A DNA stretch of 64,000 nucleotides, from positions 1,056,001-1,120,000 of the forward strand of contig CAWCFX010000001.1 in the NCBI GenBank assembly GCA_963795085.1, written 5' to 3'. Shown one piece after another: positions 20,900 through 32,163 of this stretch. The position numbers and the translations under genes were made by a program. The stretch comes from an uncultured Gemmatimonadales bacterium. GTDB taxonomy: Bacteria; Gemmatimonadota; Gemmatimonadetes; Gemmatimonadales; GWC2-71-9. Each line of letters opens with the position of its first letter. The first letter of the stretch is position 1. The notes under the pieces were generated by a model. It saw only the letters and a program-made list of their open reading frames with translations, had not been told where the DNA came from and ran no database searches.

Positions 20900-22329
20900 C
20901 CACCCTCTCGGCGCGGCGCGGCGCGGCATGGCTGGTGCTTGCCGCGGTGCTCGCGACGGTCGCGGCGGTGGAGCCCCGGGTGTCGCTGCTGCCCGCGGCA
21001 CTGCTGGTGGTGATCCTGGTGTGGCGCTGGACCGACGCCGCGCTCACGGCCGGCACCGTCGTAGTGCTCGCGGTCCGGCCGGCCACCGACATCTTCAGCA
21101 ACTCCAGCGATGCCACCGCCTCCATGGCGCTCCGGCCCTCGCCGCTCATCGGCCTGGTGGTGATCCTGGTGGCCACCGTGGTGGCAGCCCGGCGGGTGCG
21201 CTACCGCACGCCGGTATGGCCCGATGCCGGCCTGCGCCACATTCATTATTGGCTCTTCCTGGCCTACGGGATCGGGCTGTTCTCCGGGACGCTGGGGTAC
21301 GGCGCCGAGGGGTTTATCGTGGGCGTCCGCGAGATCGTGCGGATGGGAAGCACCATCGCTGCCCTGCTGCTGGTGCTCTGGTGGGTCGAGGGCCGGCCCC
21401 ACCGCTACGAGGCGGGATGGGCCCTGCTGTTCATCGGAGCGATACCGCCGCTCTCGGTGGCGGTGTGGCAATGGGCCACCGGCCAGGGCTACCTGGAGAC
21501 CGAGGGACTCAACCGGCTCTACGGGACTTTCTCCCATCCCCATTCCCTGGGGCCCTACCTGGTGCCGTTCATCCTGTTCGCGGTAGGCGGCCTGGCCGCG
21601 GCCCCGTTCCGGGGCCGGGTGCTGCGACTCGCGGTCATCGGGTTCTTCACCCTGATCCTCATCCTGACCTACAGCCGGACCAGCCTGCTGGTACTGCTGG
21701 CGGGCCTGGCGGTGCTGCCCTTCCTGCATGCGCGGCGGCTGGGCGCGCGCGGCTTCGTGCGGACGCTGGCGGCCATCGCGGTGGTCCTGGCCATCGGCTG
21801 GTGGGTCGCCGGCGGCGCCATCCGGGAGCGGTTCGCGACCATCTCGGTGGACCGCGAGGTGGTGGAGGCCGCGCTGGAAGGGCAGTCGGAGAATTCCTTC
21901 ACCTGGCGGATCCTCAACTGGGGAATTTTGGTGCGCATGGGGCTCGACCGCCCGGCCCTGGGCCACGGCGCCGCGATGACCACGGTGCTGAACCCGCTCA
22001 CCAACCAGGACTATGGCGGCAAGCCGTTCAACGCGCACAACGATTTTGTCCGCTGGTTCTTCGAGGCGGGGGTGCTGGGGCTGATCTGTTTCGTGGTCTA
22101 TGGGGCGTTGCTCTGCTGGTGGGCGCTGCAGCGGGCCTGGTCCGCGAGCCGGGCCGCCGCCCCGGGCGCCTTTGCGGTGGCCGCCGCGCTCATCGCGATG
22201 ATCTTTCTGAGCCTGGGGACCACCGAGTACTCCTCCCAGACGGCGGTGCTCTACCAGTTCAACGGCATCCTGGCGCTGCTGACCGTGGTGCCTACCCGAG
22301 CGCCGGATCCGGTTCCAGCACCAGCTTGA
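20896..22329 (+). CDS. O-antigen ligase / Wzy polymerase family protein
   Basis: Multi-TM protein with RLYGTFSHPH, LTYSRT, GHG and AHND. Confidence 0.85.
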   Translation: MTTLSARRGAAWLVLAAVLATVAAVEPRVSLLPAALLVVILVWRWTDAALTAGTVVVLAVRPATDIFSNSSDATASMALRPSPLIGLVVILVATVVAARRVRYRTPVWPDAGLRHIHYWLFLAYGIGLFSGTLGYGAEGFIVGVREIVRMGSTIAALLLVLWWVEGRPHRYEAGWALLFIGAIPPLSVAVWQWATGQGYLETEGLNRLYGTFSHPHSLGPYLVPFILFAVGGLAAAPFRGRVLRLAVIGFFTLILILTYSRTSLLVLLAGLAVLPFLHARRLGARGFVRTLAAIAVVLAIGWWVAGGAIRERFATISVDREVVEAALEGQSENSFTWRILNWGILVRMGLDRPALGHGAAMTTVLNPLTNQDYGGKPFNAHNDFVRWFFEAGVLGLICFVVYGALLCWWALQRAWSASRAAAPGAFAVAAALIAMIFLSLGTTEYSSQTAVLYQFNGILALLTVVPTRAPDPVPAPA

Positions 22330-23227
22330 GCCCGCCGAGGCAGAGCCCGACAAAGAGCCCGAAGAGGACGGCGACCTTGCGCTTGGGACGGCTCTTTCGC
22401 ACCGGCCGGATAGGCGGGTCCACGATGCTGATGGCCGGAGTGTTCCGCACCGCCTGCACCGCCGCCTGCTCCTGCTGGAGTCGGAGCTGGGTGTAGATCT
22501 GCTGGCTCATGTCCACCGCCCGGAGCAGCCTCCGCTCTTCGGTGGAGAGGGCGGGGGACCCGGTGATGCTCCGGTTCCGCTGGTAGAAATGGGTCAGCGC
22601 CCCTTCGGCGCTGGCGAGGTCCTTCCGTGACTCTTCGGCCCGCTCCGCATTGAAGGCCTGCTCCGCGTTGGCGCGAGCCTGCCTCAACTCGATGTTCACC
22701 TCGTTCAACGCGAGCAGGATTTCCTTCGCCAGGGCCTGGGCCAGTTCCGGCGAGGGCGCCTCGACGCTGAAGCGGACCATGTTGGTCCGGGTGTTCACCG
22801 TGGAGCCGATGGCCCGCCGCAGCCGGTTGACGGTGAGGTACTCCCGCATCTCGGCCGGCTTGCCGTCCACCCGGTAGATCTCGGCCAGGGTGGCGGTGCG
22901 ATCGTTCCAGGGAAAGGTGTCGCTGATGACCCGGCGCAGCACCGCGTCGGAGGGGAGGATATCGGCAAAGAACTGGGCGTTGACCGTCCCGCCCAGGGGC
23001 AGGCCGCCCAGCTGGGAGGCAAGACCGGCCAGCCCGCCCGGCAGCTGCAGCGCGCTCTGGGTCTCGGCCTGGAAGGCCGCCTCCGACTGGTACATGGGGT
23101 CGATCAGGAAGGAGCCGGCCCCGCCGGCGACCCCGCCGACCAGCGCGAAGGCCGCGAGCGTCTTCCAGCGGGCCCGGCCCCGATCCACCAGCCGGTTGGC
23201 CAGGGATTCCACCGTGAGTGTTGCCAT
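22292..23227 (-). CDS. Wzz/GNVR-type chain-length determinant
   Basis: Two terminal TM helices, a coiled coil and IVDPP.RP..KSRPKR. Confidence 0.8.
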   Translation of the reverse strand: MATLTVESLANRLVDRGRARWKTLAAFALVGGVAGGAGSFLIDPMYQSEAAFQAETQSALQLPGGLAGLASQLGGLPLGGTVNAQFFADILPSDAVLRRVISDTFPWNDRTATLAEIYRVDGKPAEMREYLTVNRLRRAIGSTVNTRTNMVRFSVEAPSPELAQALAKEILLALNEVNIELRQARANAEQAFNAERAEESRKDLASAEGALTHFYQRNRSITGSPALSTEERRLLRAVDMSQQIYTQLRLQQEQAAVQAVRNTPAISIVDPPIRPVRKSRPKRKVAVLFGLFVGLCLGGLKLVLEPDPALG

Positions 23228-23269
23228 TAGGGGAGAAGACTAGAACCGCCGGGGCCGGAGGGGAAGGCG

Positions 23270-23354
23270 GGGCGGTAAACAGGGCGGGAGAACTGGGCGG
23301 TAGAACAGGGCGGGAGAACAGAGGGCGGGAGGACAGAGGGCGGTAGAAAACAGG
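23270..23354. repeat. Imperfect tandem repeat, about 6 x GGGCGG(T/G)AGAAC(AG)
   Basis: Read directly in the intergenic region upstream of wzz. Confidence 0.7.
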
Positions 23355-23356
23355 CA

Positions 23357-23381
23357 CCCCTCTCCACGTAGTGGAGAGGGG
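23357..23381. repeat. REP-like hairpin CCCCTCTCCAC-GTA-GTGGAGAGGGG
   Basis: Perfect 11-bp stem followed by CCGGGGGTGAGG. Confidence 0.65.
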
Positions 23382-23415
23382 CCGGGGGTGAGGCGAGGGG
23401 CCGGGGGTCAGGCGA

Positions 23416-23916
23416 CTACATCTTGTGCGTCGTATCGGCCGGCATGCCGGGGGCCGGGTTGCTGCTGTTCCAGATGTCCTGGGAGACCTTCCACTCGCCG
23501 TCCACCTTGGTCCAGACGTCCAGGTACCTGCCTTTGTCGGTCATCACGCCCTGGGGAGTTGAAGCGGAGAACACCCAGGTGCCCGCCTCCGTCGCCATCG
23601 TGCCGCCCGGGGCTACCTCCACGTCGGTCGGGGTGAGGACCAGCGAGGCGTTCATGGTGCCGAGTACCGCCCAGAACTGGCGGATGCTGGCGGTACCGTT
23701 CACCGGCTCCTGGTTGGGCGGATAGACCATCGCATCGGCGGTGTAGAGGGCGGCGATGGCGGAGTCATTCTTGGCGGAGATGTAGTTATTCCACTCCGCT
23801 ACGTGGTCGCGGATGGCCTTTTCCTCGGCGGCGGCGTCCACCGTCGGGGTGCCCTGGCAGGCAAAGGCGGAGAGGGTGCCGGCCAGCAGGGCCAGGCTTA
23901 ACAGGCGTAAACGCAT
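23416..23916 (-). CDS. SnoaL/DUF4440 (NTF2-like) lipoprotein
   Basis: Lipobox AFAC, IAALYTADA..YPPN and GRYLDVW.K.DGEWK...DIWN. Confidence 0.8.
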   Translation of the reverse strand: MRLRLLSLALLAGTLSAFACQGTPTVDAAAEEKAIRDHVAEWNNYISAKNDSAIAALYTADAMVYPPNQEPVNGTASIRQFWAVLGTMNASLVLTPTDVEVAPGGTMATEAGTWVFSASTPQGVMTDKGRYLDVWTKVDGEWKVSQDIWNSSNPAPGMPADTTHKM

Positions 23917-24025
23917 TCGGACTCCAGTTGGGGGGATGCCCGGAGAAGATGCCCCCCGTTCGGGGGAAGTCAAGCGCTGACCGGGGGATTGCTGGTTGAG
24001 GGTTGGGGGGTGGCTGCCCGCCGGG

Positions 24026-24739
24026 CTAACGCCGCGCTTTCACCCGCTTGACCACCGCCGGCCGCTGGAGATCCCGGAGGGTGTCCTTCCCGATCCACCT
24101 GGCCGTCTTGTCCTCCGCATCGGCCAGCTTCTCTGCCAGTGCCACAGCCCTTGCGTGAAGGGCCGCGTTCCGGTGGCCGATGGCCCGGAGGGCCCAGCTC
24201 ACTCCCTTCTTCACGAAGTTGCGCTCGTCGATCGCGGCTTTTTCTATCAGCGGGAAGGTGGCGAGGAACTGTTTGTCGCCGGCGGCCATGTCGTGCGCCG
24301 CCAGGCTGGCCAGCAGAGCAAAGGCGGCCCGCCGGACGTACTCTTCCCGCCGCCGGGCCCAGGCCGGCACCTTGGACCAGGCGAAAGGCGTCCGGTCGAA
24401 GAGCTTGAAGCAGGCGGTGTCGCAGATGGCCCAGTTATCGAAGTCCCGGCACCACCGGTCCAGTTGCGCCGCGGTGACCTGGTCCGGCTCCTCGACGAAG
24501 ACGGCGAGCATCCGCGCCTCGTACCAGCCGCTGGCCCAGAGCTGGGCCGCCAGGCGGTGACTCTGCCCCGCCCGCTTCGCCACCGCCTGGACGTTGCCCA
24601 TGGACACGCCGATGGCCCGGGTGGTGAAGATGCCGTACCGGGCGAGCCCGGCCAGGTCCTTGTCATGCCGTTTCTCCCGGAGCCACTGGATGGCGGTCGC
24701 GGCGTCGGGAGGAGCCGATGGCGGGCGAGCGGGGGTCAT
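24026..24739 (-). CDS. DNA alkylation repair protein (AlkD-like)
   Basis: LW.SGWYEAR, FDNWAICD and DERNFVKKGVSWALR.IG. Confidence 0.88.
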   Translation of the reverse strand: MTPARPPSAPPDAATAIQWLREKRHDKDLAGLARYGIFTTRAIGVSMGNVQAVAKRAGQSHRLAAQLWASGWYEARMLAVFVEEPDQVTAAQLDRWCRDFDNWAICDTACFKLFDRTPFAWSKVPAWARRREEYVRRAAFALLASLAAHDMAAGDKQFLATFPLIEKAAIDERNFVKKGVSWALRAIGHRNAALHARAVALAEKLADAEDKTARWIGKDTLRDLQRPAVVKRVKARR

Positions 24740-24766
24740 GGCCGGGCGCGAGAGGGTGGGCGGCGG

Positions 24767-25887
24767 TTAGAAGATGCCCGGGGGCGGGGTGTAGCTCCGC
24801 CACCGGCCGGCCGTGGCCTGGAACCAGGGGTCGCTGGTCTGGCCGTAGAGGACGTCCAGCAGCGCGACCTGGAAATTGTGATAGGCGACCGAGTTGAGCC
24901 CCTGGGTCCTGGAGTACACGGTTCAGGTCCCGGTGTCACAGGACGGGATCGGCGATCGCTCGATACCGCGATCGAAGAGGCGCCGGACCATGGTGTCCTG
25001 GGTGACGGACCAGACGTAGCCACGTCGATCAGCGCCTGGGCCGAGCCGTTCCACACCTTCACGATGGGATGATACTCTTCCACCAGTACCGTGGGTGGTG
25101 TCGTCAGCATCACTCCGCCGTTACTCAGGTGACCGGAAGGAGTTGAGCACTTCATAGGTCCGGTCTTTCCAGAGCTGTTCCCGGTGCGGCGGTAGGCTTC
25201 CGCGAAGATGGACATGACCAGTCCTGGGCCATGGCCAGATCCAGGGAGATTCCGCGGTGATCCGCCGGAGGTCAGGTGGAGTTCGACTCCACACCGGGAA
25301 GCGGAGCCGCCGTGTTCCCGCCAGAGGGCGTAGTGGTAGAGCCGGTCGGCGGTATTGACCAGGGTGTCCAGCGGCACGTTCTGCCGCGGCGTCAGGTGGG
25401 CCAGCGTTTGCGAGGTGGTCACCGGCTGGAAGTAGGCGCCGATGCCGGGGTGAGGAATACCAGACCAGGTAGGGCGTCACCGAGGGCCGCAGCTTGCCGC
25501 CACCACGGCGACCCGGTCCTCGGCGATCTCGATGGCGACGCTCACGATGTCCATGACCGGTGGAAGCGGGCGCTGTCGTCAGCAGGCCGCGGCGGTGGAA
25601 CCGGTGACCAGGCCGAGGCTGCGGGCGATCCGGGCGCCTTTCTCGAAGTTGACGGTCCCGCCAGCGCCTGGAAGGAGTCCACCTTGGCCGCGGCCACCGT
25701 GAACAGGGTGACGCTGCTATCCCGGTCGGCCGCGCTGATCACCTCCCGCAGGAGCAGGCATTCGGCGGCGGCGTTCGCATCGGCAGGTCCACCGAGGGGC
25801 AGGGATCGGCGGAAACTCGGGTCGTGACGGTTCGGGACGCAGGGCAGCGCAGGGACGTGGAACGGCCCCGCGCAGGACGGTTGTCAT
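24767..25887 (-). pseudogene. D-glucuronyl C5-epimerase family protein, multiply frameshifted
   Basis: Joined frames give GLVMSIFAEAYRRTG, NGGV, EEYHPIVKVWNG, LFDRGI and AYHNFQVALLDVLYGQTSDPWFQATAGRWRSY, matching the C5-epimerase C-terminal pattern. Confidence 0.65.
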
Positions 25888-26099
25888 GAAAGGTCTTTTG
25901 ATGGGGAGGTTGGGGGCGGAGTGAAATGTAGGGTCCCCCGCCGGGGGAGAGCAATTGCTGTTGTCCCCGGTCACTTCCCGGGGTCTCGTTCAGCGGACAG
26001 ATCTGCCCGTCGGGCACCGGGCTGTCGAGTTTGAGGGGGGGCGGGGGCTGACCGCTTCCATGCTCCAACGGCTTCCCCGCTAACTTCTCCCGGTCTTTC

Positions 26100-26173
26100 G
26101 GGCCCTTAGCTCAGCTGGTTAGAGCAGCGGACTCATAATCCGTAGGTCGTGGGTTCAAGTCCCACAGGGCCCA
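26100..26173 (+). tRNA. tRNA with CAT anticodon, most likely tRNA-Ile2 (lysidine type)
   Basis: GGGCCCT/AGGGCCC acceptor stem, D-arm AGCTCAGCTGGTTAGAGC, loop CTCATAA and T-loop GTTCAAGTC. Resembles ileX rather than the initiator tRNA. Confidence 0.93.
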
Positions 26174-26280
26174 TTATATGTAAGTCTCAACCAAAACAAC
26201 GATCTAGGCGCTTTCGAAAACCAGTCTAGCCTTGTGTGTGCGGAGTGTGCGGGTCACTGGGAGCGAAGCCCTTTGGGAGG

Positions 26281-28092
26281 GTGCAGCCATAGACTGACTC
26301 CAAGGGGAAAGAGTTTGTCTTCAACCACTATCTGTCTGTTCCTTCCGGCGCTCGTTCCTGACCTGGGAAGTCGATCGGGGAGGGAGAGCTAGGCGGCAAC
26401 CTGATTATCCATGGTGACAACCTCCATGCCTTGAAATCACTTATTCCGATGCATGCAGGTAAGGTTGACTGCGTTTTCATTGACCCGCCGTACAATACTG
26501 GGAACGAGAACTGGTATTACAACGACAATGTTAACGCGCCGTACATTCAGGAATGGATAACCGACAACCCGGTTGACATCGACGATGCACTTCGCCACGA
26601 CAAGTGGCTTTCGATGATGTGGCCACGCTGAAAGTTACTCCAGGTTTTGCTAAGTAATGCGGGCAGCATCTGGATGACCCTCGACGATAACGAGATTCAT
26701 CGGGCTAGGATGGCTATGGATGAGATATTTGGGGATCGCAATTTCGTGGCTACGGTGATCTGGGAGAAAGCCGATAGCCCACGAATGGGACGCCGACTAT
26801 TTCTCTTCCAGACATGACTACATGCTTGTGTATGCTAAAAACCTACCCGAGATGAGGTTTAATCGCTCAGGGGTGGGATCTGAGGATTATGCCGACCACT
26901 ATGACAAAACCGATGAGAATGGTCGACAGTACGTATCCGGAAGCCGTTGCGCGCGATGGGAGGGCAAGGCGAAACCCGCGCAGCTCGTCCAAACCTGTAC
27001 TTTGAAATGACAGCTCCTGACGGGACCCCCGTCTTTCCAAAACTGCAGGATGGCAGTGATGGTGCCTGGCGATGGAGTAAGAACAAAGTAAAACAGGAAG
27101 CGACTCGTATTGAATGGCGAGAAACCAAGGGAAAATGGGTTCCCTATTTCCGCATTTACGCTGACTCAGGTGAAGGGCGCCCTCCTGAAACAATCTTTAC
27201 GCATGAAGAGGTTGGAAGCAGCCGCACGGCAAAGGCTCAGTTAAAAGCACTTTTTCCCTGAAGGCAACGTCTTCGACGCACCCAAGCCAATTGGCCTCCT
27301 AGATCGTGTCCTGGAGATAGCAACTGATGAGAATTCATTGGTACTCGACAGTTTCGCGGGATCTGGTGAAATCACGGCACACGCGGTATTGGCAAGAAAC
27401 AGAGAAGGATGACGGCCACCGCCGGTTCATTCTAGTGGAAGGTGAGGACTACGCGGACACGCTTACCGCTAAGCGGATAAGGAGGATCATTTCGGGTTAC
27501 AAGTCCAACGGAACTCAGCGAGAACAGCTTTTCAAGGAAAATATCACCTGCACGCACTGACGAAGGCAGTCAGCTGCTTGACGCGTAGGAGAAGGAATTC
27601 GAGGTGCACCGGTGTGATTCCTCAAGGTCGATGGTAGCCATGGCGAGCTTGGCGTTAACGGCGAGAAGAAGGCCCGAAACAACGGCGGGGCTAGGTGGCG
27701 GATTCACCTTTTGTACACTTGGCCCCGCCCTTGATTTAGAGAAAATCCTAACTGGTCAGCACCTGCCTGAGTACGCAACACTGGCTGCTTGACTCTTTCA
27801 TACCGCAACCGGCGCAGTGTTTAGTGTCAAAGGTCTTCAGGAGGAAATAGGATACATCGGCGAAAGCTCGAACCGCCAGGTTTGGCTTGTCTATAAGCCG
27901 GACATGAAGCACCTCCTATCCCCGGCCAGCGCTCTCACTATGGATCTTGCTAGAAAAGTGGCCAGCGCCAAAGATGATAAACGCCACATAGTGTTTGCGC
28001 CGGCCAAGTTTCTTTCGAACCGAGATCTAAGCTTGCTACGTATTGAGTACGCCCCTCTACCCTTCGCGTTGTACAGGGTGGCAAAGGACTAA
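26281..28092 (+). pseudogene. mod: Type III R-M adenine methyltransferase (Mod), frameshifted
   Basis: KGKEFVFNH, NLIIHGDNL.ALK, IDPPYNTG, HDKWLSMMWPR, LDDNE, PKPI.LL, VLDSFAGSG and RRFILVE across frames. Confidence 0.85.
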
Positions 28093-28097
28093 AAGTC

Positions 28098-30734
28098 ATG
28101 GAGCTGAAGGAGTACCAAGAAAAAACCCTCGGTGTTCTTGACCAGTATCTCACGCGTCTTCGTGAGAAGTTTGACTTAGCTGCCAAAGCCAAGGAAACAT
28201 TGGACAAGGCGGGAATTCCTCTGCCGTCTGGTTTGCTGGACTATCCTACGCAAGCATGGGATCAATGTCGCGTTGACGGTCTTCTCCCAATAGACTCGCA
28301 GGAAACCCCGTATAGCACACGAACGGATCCCACTGGTCAGTACATTCCCTCAATTTGCTTAAAGATCCCTACAGGCGGCGGCAAAACCCTCCTGGGCCTC
28401 TGGGGTGCGCGCGCGATACTTCAAAAGTTTGTGCGTAGCAACCGCGGCTTTCTGCTATGGATAGTGCGAAGTGAAGCCATCTACGCTCAAACCAAGCGGC
28501 AATTAACTGATAGGAATCATCCTTATCGCCAGACCCTTGATCGCCTCGCGGCAGGCGCCGATCGGGTTCTCATTTTGGAAAAGGATGATCCACTCAATGC
28601 CGCAGACGTACGGGAACATTTGTGTGTTATGCTGTTGATACTTGCCTCCGCAAATCGGCAGACGAAGGAACAGCTACGGATGTTCCAGATGGGGAAACGT
28701 CCATGGTTTCTTCCCCTCAGAAAGTGATCCGCTAGCCCACTTCGAGCTTTCGGCTCAGGTTCGCAACCTCGACACCTATGGTGATTCTCAGCAGGTTGGC
28801 TCGCTGGATAAAGGACAGTCTCGGAAATGCCCTCCGCCTCACCCGGCCAATCATAGTTCTTGATGAGGGGCACAAGGCGTACAGCAAGCTCGCTATGGAT
28901 ACACTCTATGGCTTCAACCCTTCATTCGTTCTAGAGCTCTCAGCGACACCACCGAGCGGCGCCAACAAGTTGGTCGAAGTGGGCGGCAATGATCTCGAAC
29001 GGGAGGAAATGATTAAGCTGCCGATCAACGTGGATATTAAGGCGGGGCCGGACTGGAAAGCGTGTATTCTGGCTGCCTGGGATCGGCTTCAGATCCTTCA
29101 GAAGTCAGCGGAGGAAATGAGGGCAAACACCTCACGTTACATTCGCCCTATCATGCTGATCCAGGTTGAACGAACCGGAAAGGATCAGAGAGATCCTAAG
29201 TTTGTCCATAGCCTAGACGCAAAGGAGTTCCTGCTCGCGTTGGGCCTTGAGGAGGACGAAATCGCCATAAAAACTGCTGAAGTTAATGATCTCAGTGAAC
29301 CCTGGAATCAGGACTTACTGTCGCCAACAAATAGGGTAAGGGCAATCATAACTAAGAGCGCCCTCCAGGAGGGATGGGATTGCCCATTCGCCTACGTGCT
29401 ATGCTCCCTTTCAACGAGCCGGAATATTGCTGGCATGACCCAGTTGGTGGACCGGATACTCGACTACCACATTACCTAGCGAACGAATATTCAGGCCTGG
29501 ATGAATCTACGATCTGTGCCACCATGACGAAACAGGTAGTGTTGTGGGCGGGATCAAGAAAAGTCTCGAAGATGATGGGATGGGGGACATAGCCGGCAAG
29601 ATTCGTACTGGTCAAACCCAAGGGGGAGGGGAAGGCAAGTCTCTACGCAAGCTTGGACGCCGGGAGGGCCTAGAGAACACAAGGATCTTCCTGCCAAAGG
29701 TGCTGTGGGTAGATGAAGAAGGTCCTAGAGAGTTTGACTATGAAAGAGATCTCCTCTCACAACTGGATTGGCTAGCTCTAGATATCAATGTAATTGCTGA
29801 TTCTATCGAGACGAATGTCCAGTCACCTTCTTCTCACAATCTCAGGCTCGGTCTAGAGGTACTCACTCAATCAGGCAGGGAGAGCATTAGCCCCCGTGAA
29901 ACTGAGGACAGATTGGCATTCGATACTGTTCACGCAACGCGGACTATTGTTGACATAGTAGGGAATGCTTGGGTAGCGCGGGAGGTTCTCCACCGGCTAA
30001 TGACACGACTAACGGATCGAGGCTTTTCACTGATCGCTTTGGGGAAAGCAAGCGCTTACATACTTGATGAGCTTCGGAAAGGACTGACAAGGTTCCAAGA
30101 CCTTCTGGCTGAAAAGACGTTTCGTCTTCATGTCGCAGCTGGGCGAATTCAATTCAGGCTTAGGACAGATCTCCTGAATTGGGAGATGCCGTTTGAAATC
30201 TCTACCGATCAGCCAGAATCTGGTAAGCTGCTCTTTCGTTCAAAGGACGCCAAGCCTGTAGGGTTGAGTCTTTTCATGCCCGTAGACGAACGGAATACAA
30301 CGGGCTCGAGGCAGAGTTTGCTTGTACTTGGACGACGAGTAGGCTATTCGATGGTGGAAGCGGAACGTTGCCCGATGTCATATGGGCTCCAGGGATGGAG
30401 GAAACAACGGGATTGCCCTGATTTCATTTTTGCAATTCAGAAAGCGGGCAGTGGGGATAGGCTCATCGCTATTGAGACGAAGGGGGATTTTCTCGGTGGA
30501 GATGACACGATCTATAAGCAACAAATGTTGGAGTTACTGTCCAGCAACTACCGCTTTGAGAATGTTAAAGTGCAAGGCGAACTGGAACTAGTGGTTGACG
30601 ATTACACTGTGGGCGTCTGTGACTTGGTCTTAGAAGGACTGGAAAACCCAACTCCACAAGCGTCATCTCGGAAAAGACAGTTACGTGGTGCGGCGCTAGG
30701 TCTCGTTCCAGGCCGCTTGCGTCGGGGTGTATAG
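28098..30734 (+). pseudogene. res: Type III restriction endonuclease/helicase (Res), frameshifted
   Basis: MELKEYQ, PTGGGKT, LDEGH, ELSATP, LQEGWDCPFAYVL and a C-terminal PDF...IETKG nuclease motif. Confidence 0.85.
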
Positions 30735-30966
30735 TCAATGCGGCCTGTGACTGAATATATCGCCCGAAGGCGCCCCCTAAAGAACTGTGGCCATCTGTCC
30801 CAGATGAATGTTGGCATACGCCAATCATACGCCAGGCCCATCAACCAACTCACAACTGATCGGCTGACTTGAGCTTGGGAGCCAAGGAAACCTAAAGGAG
30901 TAAACCCACCGCAAATCCCGAATCGGCCTTTTGAACTGCAAACCGCTTTCTACAACAGCCTCTGGA

Positions 30967-32163
30967 ATGGGTGAAATGACAGACTCCGCTTTGCCTCCCG
31001 GGTCATGGACGTATCGAAACTGGAAGGCGTGCCTTTCCGGCGAAGCCGAGCTCTTGGCGGAAGAGGTTCCTCTGTACTCGGATGGGTGGTTTACCGGCGA
31101 GCTTAGGGAGGGGCTTGGTCCGTTTGAGATCATCAATACAGTCGCAGGTGAAAGCCAATTTGGCAGAGCCCGGAGTGTTCTCGTCCTCCGAGCATCAACC
31201 TATCTGGGCGATGATGACGCCAAGCATTCTCGCAAAATTAAGGAGGGCCGCTCTCGCACCGAGAGTTTTGTCGGCGGATTGCCCTTCGATGAGGTGGTTT
31301 CTCTTTTGTCCCTTGCTCACGGTGTCCGCCTAGCAGCGGGGGGAGCAAACAGAGTCTTTTGGGCAGGTCAAGATATACGTGGAAGGCCAGAAAATCCCGC
31401 GGGTGGACTACCTCACCTTCAGACTACGAACAGGCATCCTGCCATCCCAAGTCTTCTGGTGAAAACCTCGCTTCAAGAAGTGCTTCTGAGTACATACCCA
31501 TCTCTTGAATGGGAGAGTGCCCGCGCAATTGCCTTGGCTAGTCGCAACTATCGTGAAGCGGTGTGGTTAGCCGATTCAGACCCTAGTTTGGCTTGGCTTC
31601 TGCTAATATCTGCGGCAGAAACAGCTGCAAATGAATGGGCGCGCCTTCAAAGGGTGCCGTCAAAGACGCCTGCAGAACTTCTCAGCGAAATGAAGCCGGA
31701 CTTTGAGTCCAAGCTGCGAGAAGCTTCACTAGATCGCGCAGAGGATGTTTTAGGAGTGGTGGGGGAAGCGCTAGTCGATGTTCTGAAGTCGCAATGGAAA
31801 TTCTCACAGTTCCTTAGGCTGCATACAAAATCACGCATTGAGCCTAGGCCCGAGCACAATGCGATCGACTGGTCCGACGGATCTCTAAAGAAGATATTGA
31901 ACACGGTTTACGCGCTACGTTCCCAAGCCTTGCATACGGGTAAGCCTTTCCCTCCGCCTATGTCGCTGCCCCCAGGGGGTGACAAGTCAGAAGGCGGTGA
32001 CAGAGCGTATCATGAGCGACCTGGAGGAAGTACCTATACGGGTGGGGGGTTCTGGCTCGAAAGCGATCTCCCGATAAACCTTCATGCGTTCGAACATATC
32101 GTAAGAACATCAATCTGCGCCTGGTGGTTGAATCTGGCGTATCCCACCACCGGGGCATCCTGA
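30967..32163 (+). CDS. Hypothetical protein with C-terminal HEPN-like RxxxxH motif (ApeA-like)
   Basis: Intact ~400-aa ORF with LAWLLLISAAE and VYALRSQALHTG. Confidence 0.6.
   Translation: MGEMTDSALPPGSWTYRNWKACLSGEAELLAEEVPLYSDGWFTGELREGLGPFEIINTVAGESQFGRARSVLVLRASTYLGDDDAKHSRKIKEGRSRTESFVGGLPFDEVVSLLSLAHGVRLAAGGANRVFWAGQDIRGRPENPAGGLPHLQTTNRHPAIPSLLVKTSLQEVLLSTYPSLEWESARAIALASRNYREAVWLADSDPSLAWLLLISAAETAANEWARLQRVPSKTPAELLSEMKPDFESKLREASLDRAEDVLGVVGEALVDVLKSQWKFSQFLRLHTKSRIEPRPEHNAIDWSDGSLKKILNTVYALRSQALHTGKPFPPPMSLPPGGDKSEGGDRAYHERPGGSTYTGGGFWLESDLPINLHAFEHIVRTSICAWWLNLAYPTTGAS

Noticed and set aside
23296..23346. GGCGGTAG as RfaH ops/JUMPstart elements
   Set aside because: They are on the + strand while the adjacent wzz gene is transcribed on the - strand, and the rest of the ops consensus is missing
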